NCBI GenBank assembly: GCA_000708835.1
Contig: DF236953.1
Location: forward strand, 1-64,000
Origin: Klebsormidium nitens
Lineage: Eukaryota > Plantae > Klebsormidiophyceae
Direction: 5' to 3'
Length of the DNA: 64,000 nt
Shown: piece by piece, positions 20,223-34,276 of the stretch
Position numbering within the stretch: position 1 is the stretch's first letter
Layout of the letters: every line of letters begins with the position of its first letter
Made by a program: the position numbers and the translations under genes
Notes under the pieces: model-generated
The model's database searches: none
Told to the model about the DNA's origin: nothing
What the model saw: the letters and a program-made list of their open reading frames with translations, nothing else

Positions 20223-22171
20223 AGTTGGCGACCTCCATGTGCGCGCGCAGTGCTCACAGCACAATTCGCTTTTCAGGCTGTCCGGCCATTCATGCATCCG
20301 ATCGCGTACAGTACATCCACATATGTGTGCCTCAATGTCACGCATTGAGCTGTTCATGCGCGGCGGCCATCATTCAATGTAATAAAACAGTGCTTGCCGG
20401 AATGACACCTGACATGTCATGATACGGATGCAAAATCTGCATATGTATGCAATTTACCTGGCCGGCCTGCATTTGCAATCGCTCATGCAGCGAAGGCAAG
20501 GCTCAGAAGGCTTCTAAGTTCGTCACTGGTATGTACCATCCATGCCATCCCCGGATACCTTGCCGGATGTGTGCCAGCTGAAGCTATTTGCATATTGAGT
20601 CTAGATTTAGCTAGCTAGGAGCTGCGCCCCCCGGCCGGATATGCCATTCGATGGGCCATGCTGGACGGATCGCATTAAAAATTTAACAATTGCGGCTACC
20701 GTCTTGATAATCCATACATGCTGAGTCAGCTGGCACATGAAGACGTGATCGATCATCATAGCTCATGTCTTGCATGGAAGATGATGCAGTGATGGGCTTC
20801 ATGACGCTGTGAGTCCACGGTTGTCCATGCATATGAGCTTACCACAAACGAAACAAAGAGCTGCTGTTGCATGAGCATGGCATGCATAGAGTAGCTGCCA
20901 AAGGACTGTACTCGGTGTGCAGATTGCTGTATCGACAGAATACAGATTTTCACGAGTATAATAACCCAAGTACCCCCAGGAGAAGCCGCAAAAGTGTATC
21001 GATTTTGGCAAAATATGGCACGTGCAAATCTTACATCATCATCGTCCTGCAAACACCTGTTGTAGAGCAAAGCCCCTCAGGTTTCAATACTGCTCGGCAA
21101 AATGAAATCGTATGTCCGAACGCGTGTGACAGAACAGAGGCAGCTAAAGAATCTGATCTTGGTCAAAGAAGCCAATGGAAGACACTCAAAACCATGAGTT
21201 AATCCCTTCAGTCTTTAAAAAGTAGAACTAGGACGTGAAGGGTCTAACACCAACTGGGGGACAAAGTTCTCGAGCAAGATGCGGCAATTGGATTATTGCC
21301 AGTGCAAATACGTTTACTTCGATGTTCAAGTCAATTTTGGGGCAGGAATAACTTTGTCACTACCAGGAAAGAAAACCATGCAGCAAAGTCTTACATCATA
21401 GTGAAACTCCTCAAACCCTGAAGGTCCTCATGTGATACAAGCAACAAATCGAACACAGAATGGTTGATCAATGGCAGGAGCAAGCAGGAAAAATGAGAGT
21501 GCAGCAATTCTAATCAAAATTGAATTGAGAGACCTAAACGAGACACGATGCCAACCCTGAAGTTTGAATAGGCCAGATGGGATTTGATTATTGGGTAGCA
21601 GAAAGCAAGCAGACCTCTTCCTCTCAGAAATCGAAGTGGCCACTTTCTCCTGAGTTCGTAATCAGGTTCCAAAATCTGGTCACTCACCCTAATCAATGTT
21701 CCTTACTGCTGAGCGCCAGTCGGCCACCCAATAATCTACAATTTGTCTGCTGTACAGTCTGCCTTCGTTGTCTGAACAATGTGATTTCCTGGCACGATGC
21801 GAGCGGGTTTACTCTGATATCGACGCAGGGAAGCTTCTTGTAAAGCAATAGCACCACTCTCGGACGCAGAGACCGAATCATTGCCAATCTGCACCAGTTG
21901 ACCAAGTTTACCTTTCCTTCTAATAGCCAACCAACCACTGTTCCAGGTGGCAGATTTGCCAACACTCAGGCGCATGTTCACTGCCGTTAGCCAGCACTAA
22001 TGCCGAACACTATTGAGGGCTTTCAAACGAGCTTCCCGCTGTGACGCCACACCCCTGTCAACCACCTGTCTGTTGCGGAAGCGCACCCAGCAGCGGGCTT
22101 TGGCTGCGCGCACTCTTATGCTCACCGTCTCGTCTTTTATGCATATGCTTCGCCCGCTTATGCCCGCCCCC

Positions 22172-22546
22172 TCAGCTCTTATGCAGCCGCAGGCACTCAT
22201 TCGTGCACCGCTTGAGGCAGACCTCGTTCCACTCGGGCACGTGGTGCGGGTTCAGGCACACCACCTTCTCGCAGGCCTCCTCGCACGCGTCCCGCGATGA
22301 CACCCCGCACACCGTCACGCACGTCCCTGCGATCGGGTCCTTCGCAAAGCTCCCCACAGCCGACAGCAACTTTTTTGTTGTGCAAACCCGCTCGCAAACC
22401 CATGTGTCCGCCTCTGTCCCGTCCTTCTTCCCGTCGTCCCGCCGCGAGAGCCACTTGTCGGACGCGTCCTCGGCGGCGCGCGCGGGGCGGGCGTGCGCGA
22501 GGGCGCCCAATCCGTGGACCACCGCCAGGGCTGCCCACCAGCCCAT
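22172..22546 (-). CDS. Small Cys-rich protein similar to Arabidopsis At5g64816 (uncharacterised), single exon
   Basis: VCERVCTTKKLLSAVGSFAKDP...CVTVCGVSSRDACEEACEKVVCLNPHHVPEWNEVCLKRCTNECLRL matches the plant At5g64816 family pattern as recalled. The N-terminus is hydrophobic. Confidence 0.8.
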   Translation of the reverse strand: MGWWAALAVVHGLGALAHARPARAAEDASDKWLSRRDDGKKDGTEADTWVCERVCTTKKLLSAVGSFAKDPIAGTCVTVCGVSSRDACEEACEKVVCLNPHHVPEWNEVCLKRCTNECLRLHKS

Positions 22547-24042
22547 GCCGCACTGGGGTCGTGGGCTCCTGCTTGCGGAGAGTCTACTCAGAGACTATGT
22601 ACACCTCTCATACAAGCAAGCAGGCAAAGTAGAAGACAGATTCCAGGCGCAATTCTGAGAAGTTCAGAATCCACCCTGGCCCTGGGCTTGAACTCGCTCC
22701 TGAGTCCTGGACTCGGAGGGCTTGCTTGTCGCATGGAGAGGGAAATTGGAATTCGCCGCGCAATGCAAGCTGGTTGCTCCCGCATTTTTCGCCGATATAG
22801 TCAATGTATGAAATTACACGTGGCTGGATTGAGCAGCATCAGTTCTGGATTAACCAACCATTACCGAAGCGTGTAATCGACAACCAAATCGCGGACATCC
22901 CACAAATTGCTGCTTCCAAGACTCCTCTGTCCACATACGGTGTTCGCCTCGGTGCATGAAATAAATATGTACCTAGACGTGCTAGGTTGTTCTAGTAATT
23001 CCCCAGCGGCGGTGAGCCCAGGCCGGCAATACCGTAGATTCCTTTCAATAGGTAGAGCAGATTGACATTCTCAATGTCTACCACAATTATGTCATGCAAT
23101 CATGTCCCGAATGTCTAAGTCAGGTTATTTTGACCAACCATGATCGACGAGCTTCAGCTAGTGCCGCACATCATTTGGGCATCGCAGGTGTGACGGAGCC
23201 TTGTTTTAGTGAGCACACGCTTCGCTTCTTCTTTCAAAAACGTTTCACATAACAGCCATGAGTCATTCATATGTCTTTAAGAAAGCGGATCGACAACAAT
23301 TGCACGCAGACAATATTGTGTCGCGCTGGAGCTAGAGCAAGTTGCATGCCGTTGGCAGCTCTGCACTCATGCACACATTGTGCATGCCCTACGTTTCAAC
23401 TGCACCAGCTTTAGGCTATATACTTACCGGTTGCAAAAGATGCGGCTCGAAGCCCCTGTGTCCATGGTGACTGATGAACTGGAACCCCCAACGCTCTGTG
23501 GCTTGAACATACGCACAAATCGACAAACATCCCGCATGGCTTCACTTCAAATGATCAAGGTTCGAAACAGCCCCGAAAGACGGATCATCCAGCATACAAT
23601 GTTGTCTAGATCGTGACACATTGCATGGCCAGAGTTCAAAGCAAACGCACGGCATAAGCTACAGATCATTACGGTCTGTTCGTTTGTACAGTCTAATTCA
23701 GAAGCTAGTCATGTCTTCTCTCCGATTTGCAGCCCATGCTCCAAGGCGTATGCTTTTATCATGGGTTTCAAAACCTGCTCGAAGCGAGATGACAAGTGTG
23801 AGACTGTAAGCAACATAAAGTTCTGACTGTTTCACACCAAGCGAGGGAGGAAGTAGACCTGAACAAGAGGGAATCGAGCCGCTCGTTCCACAACCAAGTA
23901 GGCATAATGCAAACCATCAATTACCGACCAGCGGCGCTTCTTCTCTTTGTAACATCCCTGATCTCAATCAACAATGCTGCAAGGTTGGGACAACCACGAC
24001 ATTTACTCTCCCCAAATGGGAATTGAAGCGAAAGAGACTCAC

Positions 24043-27000
24043 CGCTAGGTCTTTGTGTAGCGTCAAAAACGCGCTGCGCATTCTTTTGTGTACCTGCGCA
24101 AGCAACAGTAGAGAGCTCTTAGATCACCTTTCTTGTCATAAGGTCTGAAGTACAGGAGAGGAGGCGCCAACTGCTCATGACCTCTGGTTGCAGAAGGACA
24201 ACTGCGTATTGCTCGAGTGAAAAATTCAGCCGTCCCCCTCAGACGCATGATTTACGATGATGTCCGCACTTTTGAAGGTTGTCATGGTAAGTTGCAGTTT
24301 GTACGGTTACCCTGCCGGCGAAGGGCTAACCACCCCAAAACAAAAGAAAAAAGAAAAGAAAAAGCGTCTGTACGGTGTGTTTTCCGCCCAAGCGAGGCAG
24401 CCAGCTATGCCCACATGCACTGCTTCTTTTCCGATCTGTAATGCGTCGGTTGTAAAGATGGAATGCCTCGATTTGACAGTCCCTCATCGGCCAAGCGAAG
24501 ATCCACAGAGCACCATACAAGAAGTCGGTCATATAGCTTGCAAGCCAACCCAAGGGAATTGCTGAGCTTCTTTTAAAGCAGACCCCGTCCGATTCCGCCA
24601 CCTCTTCCCAACCAACTACGACCTTGTATGGCCCCAGGACCAATGTTCAGACGGATGACAAGGCAGGCAAAAACCGCCCACATTGCAAAAAGGCCCTACG
24701 CAACCCATAGAAAGGAGCAATCCAGAAGCCGACCCCAAACCGCTTTTACCATCCTACTGTATCAAGATCTGCGGGGAAACCTCGACCATTGGCGTCTCTT
24801 GCTCAAGCAAGGTCGAAAGCAATCGCTTGTCGGGCCGCCATCAGTACTTAGCCCACCTTTTGAACTTTGTTGTGCTTCACCCACGATCTGCTCCCACCAT
24901 CCTACTGTGTCAATCTAGACGAATAGACGACGTTTATCGTCACGCTACTGAGCGTATGATTCAACGGGGATTTATGAGCCGCGATGAAAGGGATGCCCAC
25001 CTTTTTCACTTTGTTGTACTCCACTCGCAGCAGAAGCTCCAGCTCGCGCAGCTGCTGCTCGTTGTGCGTCTTCCACGCCGCCGCCATCTTGTCGTCGTAC
25101 GCCAAAAATTGCATCCTGCCAAGGCAGTTACACCATTTGTTTTAGGAGATATCTAGTGCCTCGAGATCTAGATTCTTGACCTTCTTGCCATCAGATAGTC
25201 GTTAAATCAGAAACGATAACATATGTCGAGGATTGCACATAGCCAAGCACTGCCGCAATTACAAACCTCCAGCTTTTTGCGAGGCTTGGGTGGAGAGAGA
25301 CGGCTCACCGTTGCTCCTCAAGGGCTTGGATCAGGTACTCATAGACTGGCCACTTGGTCGAGAATTCGTCGTATGCAACGTAGTACCTGATCAAGTGATT
25401 GCTTGTTATTGGTCAACGGAGTACTTATCCAGCGGGTTCAACCAAAACGATTCGTATTCTGTTCTTATCTTCGTCGCAGTGGCATGTACTACCGAATCGA
25501 TTGAGCGGTTGCTGAGGGGTCAACAGCAGTGGTTGCTTGATAGGCATTGGCAAGATCGGTTCGTTCTAAGTTTCAGGTTCAGGGACCCCCTGAGTGGGCG
25601 ATTGAGAGGGGCCTTAGGATGCTTGCAAGGCACAAGTAACATGGAGCATATTCCAAACACAGACATTGCCATGGAGGTGGGAAGTTGTGCAGGCTGGCAG
25701 CAAAAGTATGCGAATGTCTGGGCTGTTGAAAAGGACGAAGATGTTTCCAAAGGCAGCCTGAGCAAAAGATAAAAGGATATCCCCCAAACAAGGCCCAAGA
25801 TCAGTGTCGATGTGGGATCACTATTAATATTCAACCCAGAATCGATCTGACTATCGTCCTACAGATTCTGCACATTCCTCTGCCCGACTTCAGGCTATTA
25901 CAGAGAAGCCCACACGCACCACAACCAATCAACGGACCGCCTTTCGTCCCGTGCAATCCAATAACATGCATCGTCTGCTCAAATCAAATGGACCTTGTCC
26001 GTGGCAAGTCTGGCCCAGAAGCGATACAACTCCTGATAAACGGAAATTCCTAGATGTACTCACTCTTCTCGGGAGTCAATTGACCGGTCCTCGGTTATCG
26101 GCTGCGCGTCCGCGTACTTAACCCAATCCTCCTCGATTATCCCGCTGAACCCGTTAACCCGCTTCTTCTCCTCGGGCCGCTTCATCCCGTTCTGCACCCC
26201 CGCTTTCCCGTTTACAACCTTGCCGTTCGCAGCGGCAGATTGCGACTTCTTCGGGGGCGCGCTCGGGCTTTTCTTCCGCACCCCGTTTTGTGCGGGTTTC
26301 GCTCCAGGCGCCTTGTTCGTGACGCCGTTTGCAGCCCCCCCCCGACCGTCCCCCGCCTTCTTAGGCCCCTTTACTGCCGTCCCCTCTGCCGGTTTACCAG
26401 GCGTTTTCTGCAGCGGTTTCTTGACCAGCGCGGGTTTTGACCCTTGGTTAAGCCCCGACTTAACCCCTTCCTTCGCACCGTCTGGCTTCGGCTTGGCCCC
26501 TCCGTCAGCCTTGGGTTTCCCTCCACTTTCTGGGGTCCGCTTGACCACCTTTGCAGAACCTGGCTTTGACACTGGTTCTGAAGCGGCCTCTTTTCCAACA
26601 GCTCTTCCCCCTCTCTCAACACCACCGTTTTGTGACAGCTTGGCTTTCTTTGGCGCAGGCGCCAACTCCCCTTCTTCTAGGGGGCTGTTGCCAAAGTCGT
26701 CCTTCCTCGCACTCAACCCCTTTTTACCATCCTTTGCTCCCCCACCAGGTTCCTTTGCCCCTGCACCCCCATCTTTCCTCGGCTTTTTCGTGCCCTCCGT
26801 TGCTTCCTCCCCATGCCTCCTCTTCTCCCCGCTTTTTGGCGACCCCGCTCGAGGGCCGCTTTCGCGCCCATCGTCCAGCTTTTCAATCTGCACCCTCGCA
26901 AGCGGTTCCGAGCCCTTGCCCTTCTCCATTCCCTTACTGCCGGGCACTCCCCCTGGTTTGCTCCCAGGCTGACCCTTGACCACCCCCTTGACCACCTTCG

Positions 27001-30000
27001 GAACACTCCGAGATGGCCCGCTGGGCGGCCGCTTGACTCCTTCCTTAACCCCCTCCTTAACCCCTTTTTGCCGATCCAGCGCTGTCTGGTCCGTCAACTC
27101 GATCGGGATCGCCTTACGGCTGGCCTTCCGCTCGGCAATGACGTCCTGCGCTGCTTTGTATTTCAACAGCGCACTGCTGTTCCGAACGTCATCCGAGAGG
27201 CTCGGCCCCGCAGCCGCATGCGACGCCTTGCGCTCGTTCACACCCCCCTCGTGCGCATTCTCACCCCCCTCGCGCCCATTCACACTCCCGTCCTTACTCC
27301 GGCCCGCCTCCATCGACGCCTTGGACTTCTTCTTCTCGCCCCCATCGTTTGATGCATTCGAGCCCACTTTCAACCCGCTCTTCTCCGAAGTCCTCTTCTC
27401 GCCGTCTCCCACTGCTTTCTTGCTTAGGCCCCCTCCCGGTTTCTGGTTCTCCTTCTTGGAAGCACCGCTTTCTTTCGAGACAGCTCTGGGCTTCTCGTCA
27501 CCTCTGCTCTCGGACACCAACCCCTCCTTTTCCGTCATCCGCTTCTTCGCAACCCCTTCCGGTGCATCGCTTTCCTTTCTCTTCCGGCCGGAATCACCCC
27601 CGACTTTCTGCGCCTCCGCTTTAGGCGCCCTTCCGGACTGTGCGGCTCCGTCATCTATCCGGTCGTCATCGTCAATCTTTTCCACCTCAACCGCAGGCTT
27701 GAACACAGCATCATTTCGCACCCTTGGTATGCTCTCTGCCCCCTTGCTGCCATTGTGCGCTTTCTTCTCCATCCCCGTCTCCCCTTCTTTACGATCCACT
27801 TTCGTCTTAGGCCCACCTGTCACCGCAGCCTTTGCTCCATTCTCACCCCCTCGATCGCTTCGCTCCTTTCCCCCCGTATCTGGCCGTTGCCCCGCCTCAA
27901 GTTCCACCTTACCTTTTGCTCCAGTCTCTTTCGTCGACGCTTCTTCCCCCCGTTTCGCCTCGGAGCTCTGCACCTCCCCCTTTTCAGCCCCCTCCTCTTC
28001 GGCTTCGTCCTCGCTGCTCGACGAACCGCTGCTTCCGCTGCTACTGTCGCTCTCACTCTCGCTGCCACTGTCGCTCCCACTCGACGACGACTCTTTCCCC
28101 GCATCATTCCCCTCTTTCGACTCCCTCCCGTTCTCCCCCGCTTTCGTCTCGCTCTCGTTCTCCCCCTCTTTCGTCTGCTTTCCTTGCCCCGGCCTCGATG
28201 GCCCCTTGTTTTCCTTGACACTCGCATCCAGAACCTCCTTCTCTACGTCACCCCCCCCGCTAGCACCCACTACATCACCCCCCCCTTCTCTCAGATCGCG
28301 TGCCTCCCGCGAGTCCCCCGCTTTTGCGCCTTCGTCATTTGCCGCCCCCTCTTTCGAGGAACTCTCCATCCTGGCCTCAACTTTGACTGGTCCCGAAGCC
28401 TCGGTTTCGGACTGGGGGGCCGCCGGAAGCGGGGGGGACTCTATATTGAGGGCAGGGGAGTCGGAGGCGACCGTTTCTGGGCTTGTCGAGTTCATGATGC
28501 GGCCCTCGCTGAAGGCCTTCTGTGCATCGGGGCTGAGGACCCACAACGCGGGGGACTTGAACGTGGCGACCTGAAGAAAAGAGGAGCGGGAGCAGTGTGA
28601 AGTCCACGGGTCTCCTGAAGGATATCGAGGAGTAGAGAAGCCGAAAGGGATTTCATCACTCCCCGAAAATCCGTTGCAAGACTCACCAGGAGTCCGCAAC
28701 TGAGCACAAGTCCTGAAACCCCTATGGCCTCTTAAAGGATTTGGAAGAGAACCGGTCCAACTTCTTAAACTACAAGGCGGACCGCCCCTAAGGGGCGCCG
28801 GGGCTTGCCTCTTATGCCAGTAACAGGCAGGAATTTTGATGATGTTTATAGCGATGTGCTCGAGGAAAAATAAGTTCAAACGGTATATTTCCAGACCTCA
28901 ACGATATCGTATACTAAACCAGTGCCTATACGAGGTACGTTACCAATGGTCAATCAATCAATCAATTCTGAGGTAACGTAGCCCTATAAATTCCGGGCTC
29001 TTCGACGAGAAACATCAAATATGCTCCGCTCTGCGGGGCAGTCCAAAAGCGGCGCTGTGGCTGGTATGGCCTAATTTCCAGAATCACTGTACGTTTTATT
29101 GTCGAACACGGGGCAAATCGTGACAAACTCCTCAGACTGGCCACCCTAGCAGCTGATCGCCACGTCGTACAGCCCGGATTTTACAGTAAAACTACAACTT
29201 GCCGTCTTATTACGTAAAAAAGAGGCAAGCCAATATCCGTCGCGACAAAAGCGTGCTGGTAGCTCACCGATCGCAGCAACCGATCGAACTGTTGCCTCGT
29301 GAAAGCTGCATCGTCCGGCAGCGCGTCCTGAACAGCTTTCTCAAGCGACTGCACGACAAGCATACAGATATGAACGACTCGAGAAGCAATCGGAAGCTTC
29401 GCAGCTCACGTTTCCAACTGTGGAAGACTTCCAAGGACTCTCCGAACCACTTTGGGGCAACGCATCTTTATTTGATAAGTCGGCTGAATCTGAAACAATT
29501 CTGGGCGATCTAGTTCACACTTCCACTGAGCTCAGCAGGACCAAGCAGAAGACCGGCGTCGACATTGAGCAATACCGTAAACGGAGAAAACGGACAGAAC
29601 ATTGACAACCCGGACAGCCCGTCGCTTTTCCGTCGATAGCCAGGCAATAGCCGCTTTGAATCTCAGGCCACAGATGTCGACATTCATCCACGGACGGCCA
29701 ATGCAAGCATTTGTAGAAAAATGCAACATTCGACGCAAAGTTAACCAGTATTTTCACGAATCGACTTTACACCTGCTCCTAACCAGCCCTCACCTTGGGT
29801 TTCATCGTATGCTCCGGTGCCCCTGCCAAAACCCCCACTATCGCCGCTTTCACTTCCTGGTTCGTCGCCCCCCTCTTAGGCGTGCTCTTAGCAGGGGGTG
29901 CTGTCGGCCCCTTTCCCTGACCCCCCTCTTCCGGAGGAACGCTCCCCCGACTGACCTGCTGTTCCGAAGGCCCTGTGCTGACTACGGGCGACAGGCCAGT

Positions 30001-32619
30001 GACTGGGGCTTCAGTCGGGGGAGAGCTGACGGCGAGCCGACTGGGGCCCAGGGGAGCGGGGGTGGTTGTGGGGCCCGTGACAGGGGATTGCGAGCGAGAA
30101 CGGGCTTGCTGCTGCTGTCTGGAGGGGGTGGTGACTGAAAAACACAACAAACTTGGATTACTTACAGGTTGGGAGTTTGACATACCCAGGAGATCAGATT
30201 CAGGCTTCTCGAAGAACACATTTTGAGAGAGTGGAACCGCATTTGTGGACACAATAAGGAAGGTCCGTTCTACACAGGCAGGAATGGTGACTGCTTTGCC
30301 TTGGAGAGGCCAAGCGCGATGCTTTCTGAATGATGGCCGGGAGCGGATCATACCTGTGTCGAAACTCTTCACATTTCGTGAAAGTGAGCTCGGCTTCTCC
30401 GTCATTGGCTTCCGCACGGTGGTCAGGGCTGCAACCGAAAAAGCTGTTGGTCACACTTCGCCCCCGCGTTAACGAGCATCACAAACCGCTGGCAGGTCTC
30501 TAAATGCAGTAAAAGACTCGGCTTAATGGGTCAGCAACATGGGGCGCAGCGAGCTTTTCAGTGAAGCCATTTGCAAAATCATACGAGACTTGAAAAGGGC
30601 ACATGTTCAAAGCCAGGACGTCTCACTTTTTTTCACCGTCGACACTGCTTGTTTTGCATCCAAGGTACTGTTGTGTTCCAAGACGATGGCCCTGCAAATG
30701 GCAGTGAAGGATCCACATGAACAACTGTAAGATGCTTCATTGACAAGTGATAACAGCTTCCAGGCAGATGACAAGATCCAACTCTAAGTGAAACCACGGA
30801 GTGACAAGGACGAGCCATGAAAGACAACAATTTGTAAGGAAGTATCCAACCATAGGACAGGAAGGCAACATATGTTGCGAATGACTTTGCGACTTCTATC
30901 TTTGACGAAAGGCCGCAACAAGCCCGCTCTTTCACACAACCAACCCCGAAACAGAGCACTCACAGCCAGACGTGCGGAATCCACTTGAATTCATCTCAAT
31001 GGCCTGCAAGCTTCCGGATCTTCCATCCCCTCATATCTGCCAAAAAACAGCCACAGATTTTCGAGAAGGAAATGTATCAGAGCCCTCACTTGCGAGACTT
31101 CATTTGCTTCTCGGCCGCAGCCGAGCGCTGCTTCAGTTTGTTAGCCTCCGCCGCTGTCAGGCTCCGCTGAAGGTTCAGCTTCTTGACTATCGGCCCAACC
31201 TCCACCAGGCGGCCCGCACCTTGTTCTGCGTCTCTCCGCTCGACATACGCCTCGTACACCTTGCGCTCCTCGTCATTGGATGTGAACGAGTACTCGCGCT
31301 CCCCGATCTTGAGAATCTGTTCGCAAAGTATTATTTTGTCAGATGATGTTTCTCATCCCCAATGCTCTGATGGATTTGAATAAAAGCTGGGTTGGTACTG
31401 ACTTGTTTTCGGAGACAATGAGCACCTCAATGGCGTTGATTGACACCGGTGCTGAAGCCCTATGCCTGGATGGCGTGATCTAGAGGCGAATCTGGCAGGA
31501 GCCCAAGGGGATCAAGGGTATGCTTTTGAATTTGTGGTGCAAACGAAAAAAGGGATTTACAAGCAGTTGACAATGCACGCATCTAAGATACAATGTGACA
31601 AGAGAGACATGCAGATGCAGATGCTTCCAACTTCCCAAAACACCCACTCCACATTTTATCTATTTTAGAACAGCCTTGTGACTCGGTTTGTGTTCTTCTC
31701 CACTTTCGTTTGATCTTCAGTTCTTAGAACCGAATGTGGATTCTGCTGATTTAGTTGCCCAATACATGCTTATATCCCTTGCGACGTGCGAAACCACTCG
31801 ACACAGCAGGACATGCAGAGCCCTGACATGCAGAGCCCTGTAATGCTTAACCAAACAAGCTGGTCGAAGGGGCCACTGACTTCTCTGATATGCATTCCTG
31901 GGGCCTAACAACATTGATTATGACTAAGAAAAGAAGGACTTGTGTTGCATTATTCTGAAGAAGTTATAGTGAAGCAAGGGGAGCTGCAAATCCCTGGACA
32001 GCTTGAGCACGAAGGACTAGGGTTTTGGCAAACAAGACTGGGCCTGAGCTCTAGAACACCGAAGCCTGGAGTTGCAGCCTGCTTGTCAAGCTGTGCAAAC
32101 CCACGCAATGGCAACTTCAGCTCAACATCTATGTCGGGATTTTCATCAGAAGCACGTAACAGAACCCCTGAAATCAAAAGACTGTCGACTTGATGAGCAG
32201 GGCCTCCCACTGGATGTGAAAGCTGTCAACAAACCCTTTTCGATCCAAAAGCCTCATTCGCAAAAGTCGGAAGGATCAAGACGCTGTCAAACCCGCCTCC
32301 AATCAAAAGGCAAAACCATGACATACTCTCAAGGGGCAATGCCGTCTCGTTATGAACTTACGTGATTCTGAGAATTCGCGCCAAACTTCATCTGCACGGA
32401 CAGGCCCTCCTTCTGAGCAGTCAAGAGAGCGGATTTGACCTCCTCAGAGAGCCGCATCGTCATCCCCAGAACCTTTGGGGGACTCAACCCCCCCGGCTCC
32501 AGACTGAAGCTCTCATCTGGCAATGGGGTGCCTTCTTTGGCCTTGTTCCCCACAGCAAAAGCGCCGCCTGCTCTCGCAGGAGCTCTTGCAGACCCCGTCT
32601 GCCTTGGAAGGGGCACCAT
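24043..32619 (-). CDS. ELL/occludin-domain RNA Pol II elongation factor (plant At3g21290-like), multi-exon; last exon not located
   Basis: N-terminal exons 32619-32362 (DESFSLEPG...MTMRLSEEVK...QMKF), ~31.32-31.09 kb (LVEVGPIVKKLNLQRSL...KSR) and 30691-30637 (KAIVLE). The middle contains SLEKAV.../VATFKSPALWVL. A ~2.5-kb K/E/G/S-rich exon ends at 26064. C-terminal helical exons lie at ~25.1-25.0 kb and 24093-24043 (HKRMRSAFLTLHKDLA). Internal exon set is only partly resolved. Confidence 0.75.
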
Positions 32620-32937
32620 GCTATGTGCGGGCCCCCTTGCCATACTCCGCCGCAGATCAGACATGGCTTATTCAACCAATGCAGATGCAAAAGTAACAGC
32701 AGGTGGCTGCGGGGCCATTGTGAGGCGCCCCATAACCATCAGGTCAGTGACCCTGAACAAAGGCGACACACCCCAGTGGCGAGCTAGGCTGGCGAATGCC
32801 ACATGTGCTGTTGCCACTGTTGCACCGGCAGACACGGGACTGAGAAGCGGCGCGTGCGGCCGTGGCCGCCCGAGCGGGCCGAGCCTAAGCTAGTCGCGCG
32901 CGTAGTCCGCGGACCCCGCTCTCCACACTTTCTGCTG

Positions 32938-32995
32938 TGACGTCAGGAGAATAGTGGCCTGGCTTCTCCGGAGTCCGGTCAACGTAGTGACGTAA
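32938..32995. promoter_or_regulatory. Two ACGT-core (TGACGTCA, TGACGTAA) bZIP-type motifs in the divergent ELL/RLK intergenic region
   Basis: Motifs at 32938-32945 and 32988-32995. Short motifs like these also arise by chance. Confidence 0.25.
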
Positions 32996-33437
32996 GCAGT
33001 ACGGTCGATTTTCCGATCCCTGCAGCGCAGAGTCAACAGGAGCAGCTGCGTGGCAGCTCTAGCTGAGCTAGTACTACTAGTAGGGGCCGGTCAGCTGAAC
33101 AGCGCCGGCGGCATTCCGACCAGGCTGAGGCCCAGGGGCACCATTGAAATGCCATCTGATCAGCTCACCATCTCCAGGGGCTCTCCAGCTCGACGTACGA
33201 CAGGGAGTAATAGGACGAGGAAGCTACTGGCCGGCGCTTGTAGTAATGGGCCATGATAGCTGAAGAAAAGCTACCGCCCCGGCATTCGTCTTGAAAAGTA
33301 GAGAGGCTTTCCTTATACCTATCTCATGCTAGCGATAAGTGCTCGCGTGCGCCAGCTAACTGCTAAAGGAAAATCCATTTGATAGAGGCCAATGCTGTGA
33401 AAGCCATCAAGTGGTTGTGCTACGTGCAACTTTGTGA

Positions 33438-33622
33438 AGAGTGACCGTGCGGGTATGTGGAGAGTAACCGTGCGGGTATGTACGCATTGGATAATGTAAG
33501 GAGGATGCCTCTAGGTAAGCAGTGTCTCAGTTCTCAAGCTCGACGCGTTTGTGAATCAGACTGTCTGAATATTTGTCCATGTTTATGGGGTTTTGAATAT
33601 TTGTCCATGTTTATGGGGTTTG
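33438..33622. repeat. Two short tandem duplications (23 bp x2 and 28 bp x2)
   Basis: AGAGT(G/A)ACCGTGCGGGTATGT at 33438 and 33461. TGAATATTTGTCCATGTTTATGGGGTT at 33566 and 33594. Confidence 0.85.
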
Positions 33623-34276
33623 CTATTTCTTGCATACGGAGGCGGCACCAGATAGCGCTGTAGACTCATAGCCCGAGTTTGAAATGAACAACCACCAGGA
33701 GCTGATCATGGGGATGATACTAGCAGGCAATGGAAATCCAGGTTGTGAGGATGACAAAACAATGGCCACATGTTGAAAGCTGTGGATGTGCAACCACGTC
33801 ATTGCGGAATATTGGTTTTTGCCGGTCAAAGAGCTTGAGTAGGCTGGTCTCATGACAGCTCATCGGAAGCTTCCACGAATAGTCCTAGCTGAGTGTGAAT
33901 GAAAGGGTCTGTCGCATAGAACGTGGGAAAGTGAGGGCATAGCGTCGTCACGCCAGAGCTTTGTCAAAACATAAGTTGGGTTAAAAGCAACAGAGGGGGG
34001 TAATTTGATTGATTTCTTTGTTGTCCAATCAAAACCCCCTCACAAGAATGGGCGTGTTAGCAGACTCTGGGGCCTCCTAAAGCGCCCCTTTGTGCTATCG
34101 GCCCTGCGGTCTGACTTGTGATTGATCGAAGGGGCAATGCTAGGGATGTCAGAACTTTCACAATGCAAATACATTGTGGCCTCCTTGCAGGAGCTAGAGA
34201 ACAGTGTCCGCTTCTGCCTGCAGGTAGTCAGACCTTTAGAGTTTGATGACTTGATATAGGCGTTCAAGCAGGTTCA

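Noticed and set aside
23465-23545. Degenerate tRNA-like string on the minus strand
   Set aside because: No convincing A/B boxes or cloverleaf; too weak to call.
25233-25772. 179-aa plus-strand ORF in an ELL intron
   Set aside because: Non-ATG start, no recognisable motifs and no coding-like codon bias.
26220-28600. Long plus-strand ORFs (250, 532 and 281 aa)
   Set aside because: Antisense shadows of the GC-rich low-complexity ELL exon, with no independent motifs or splice logic.
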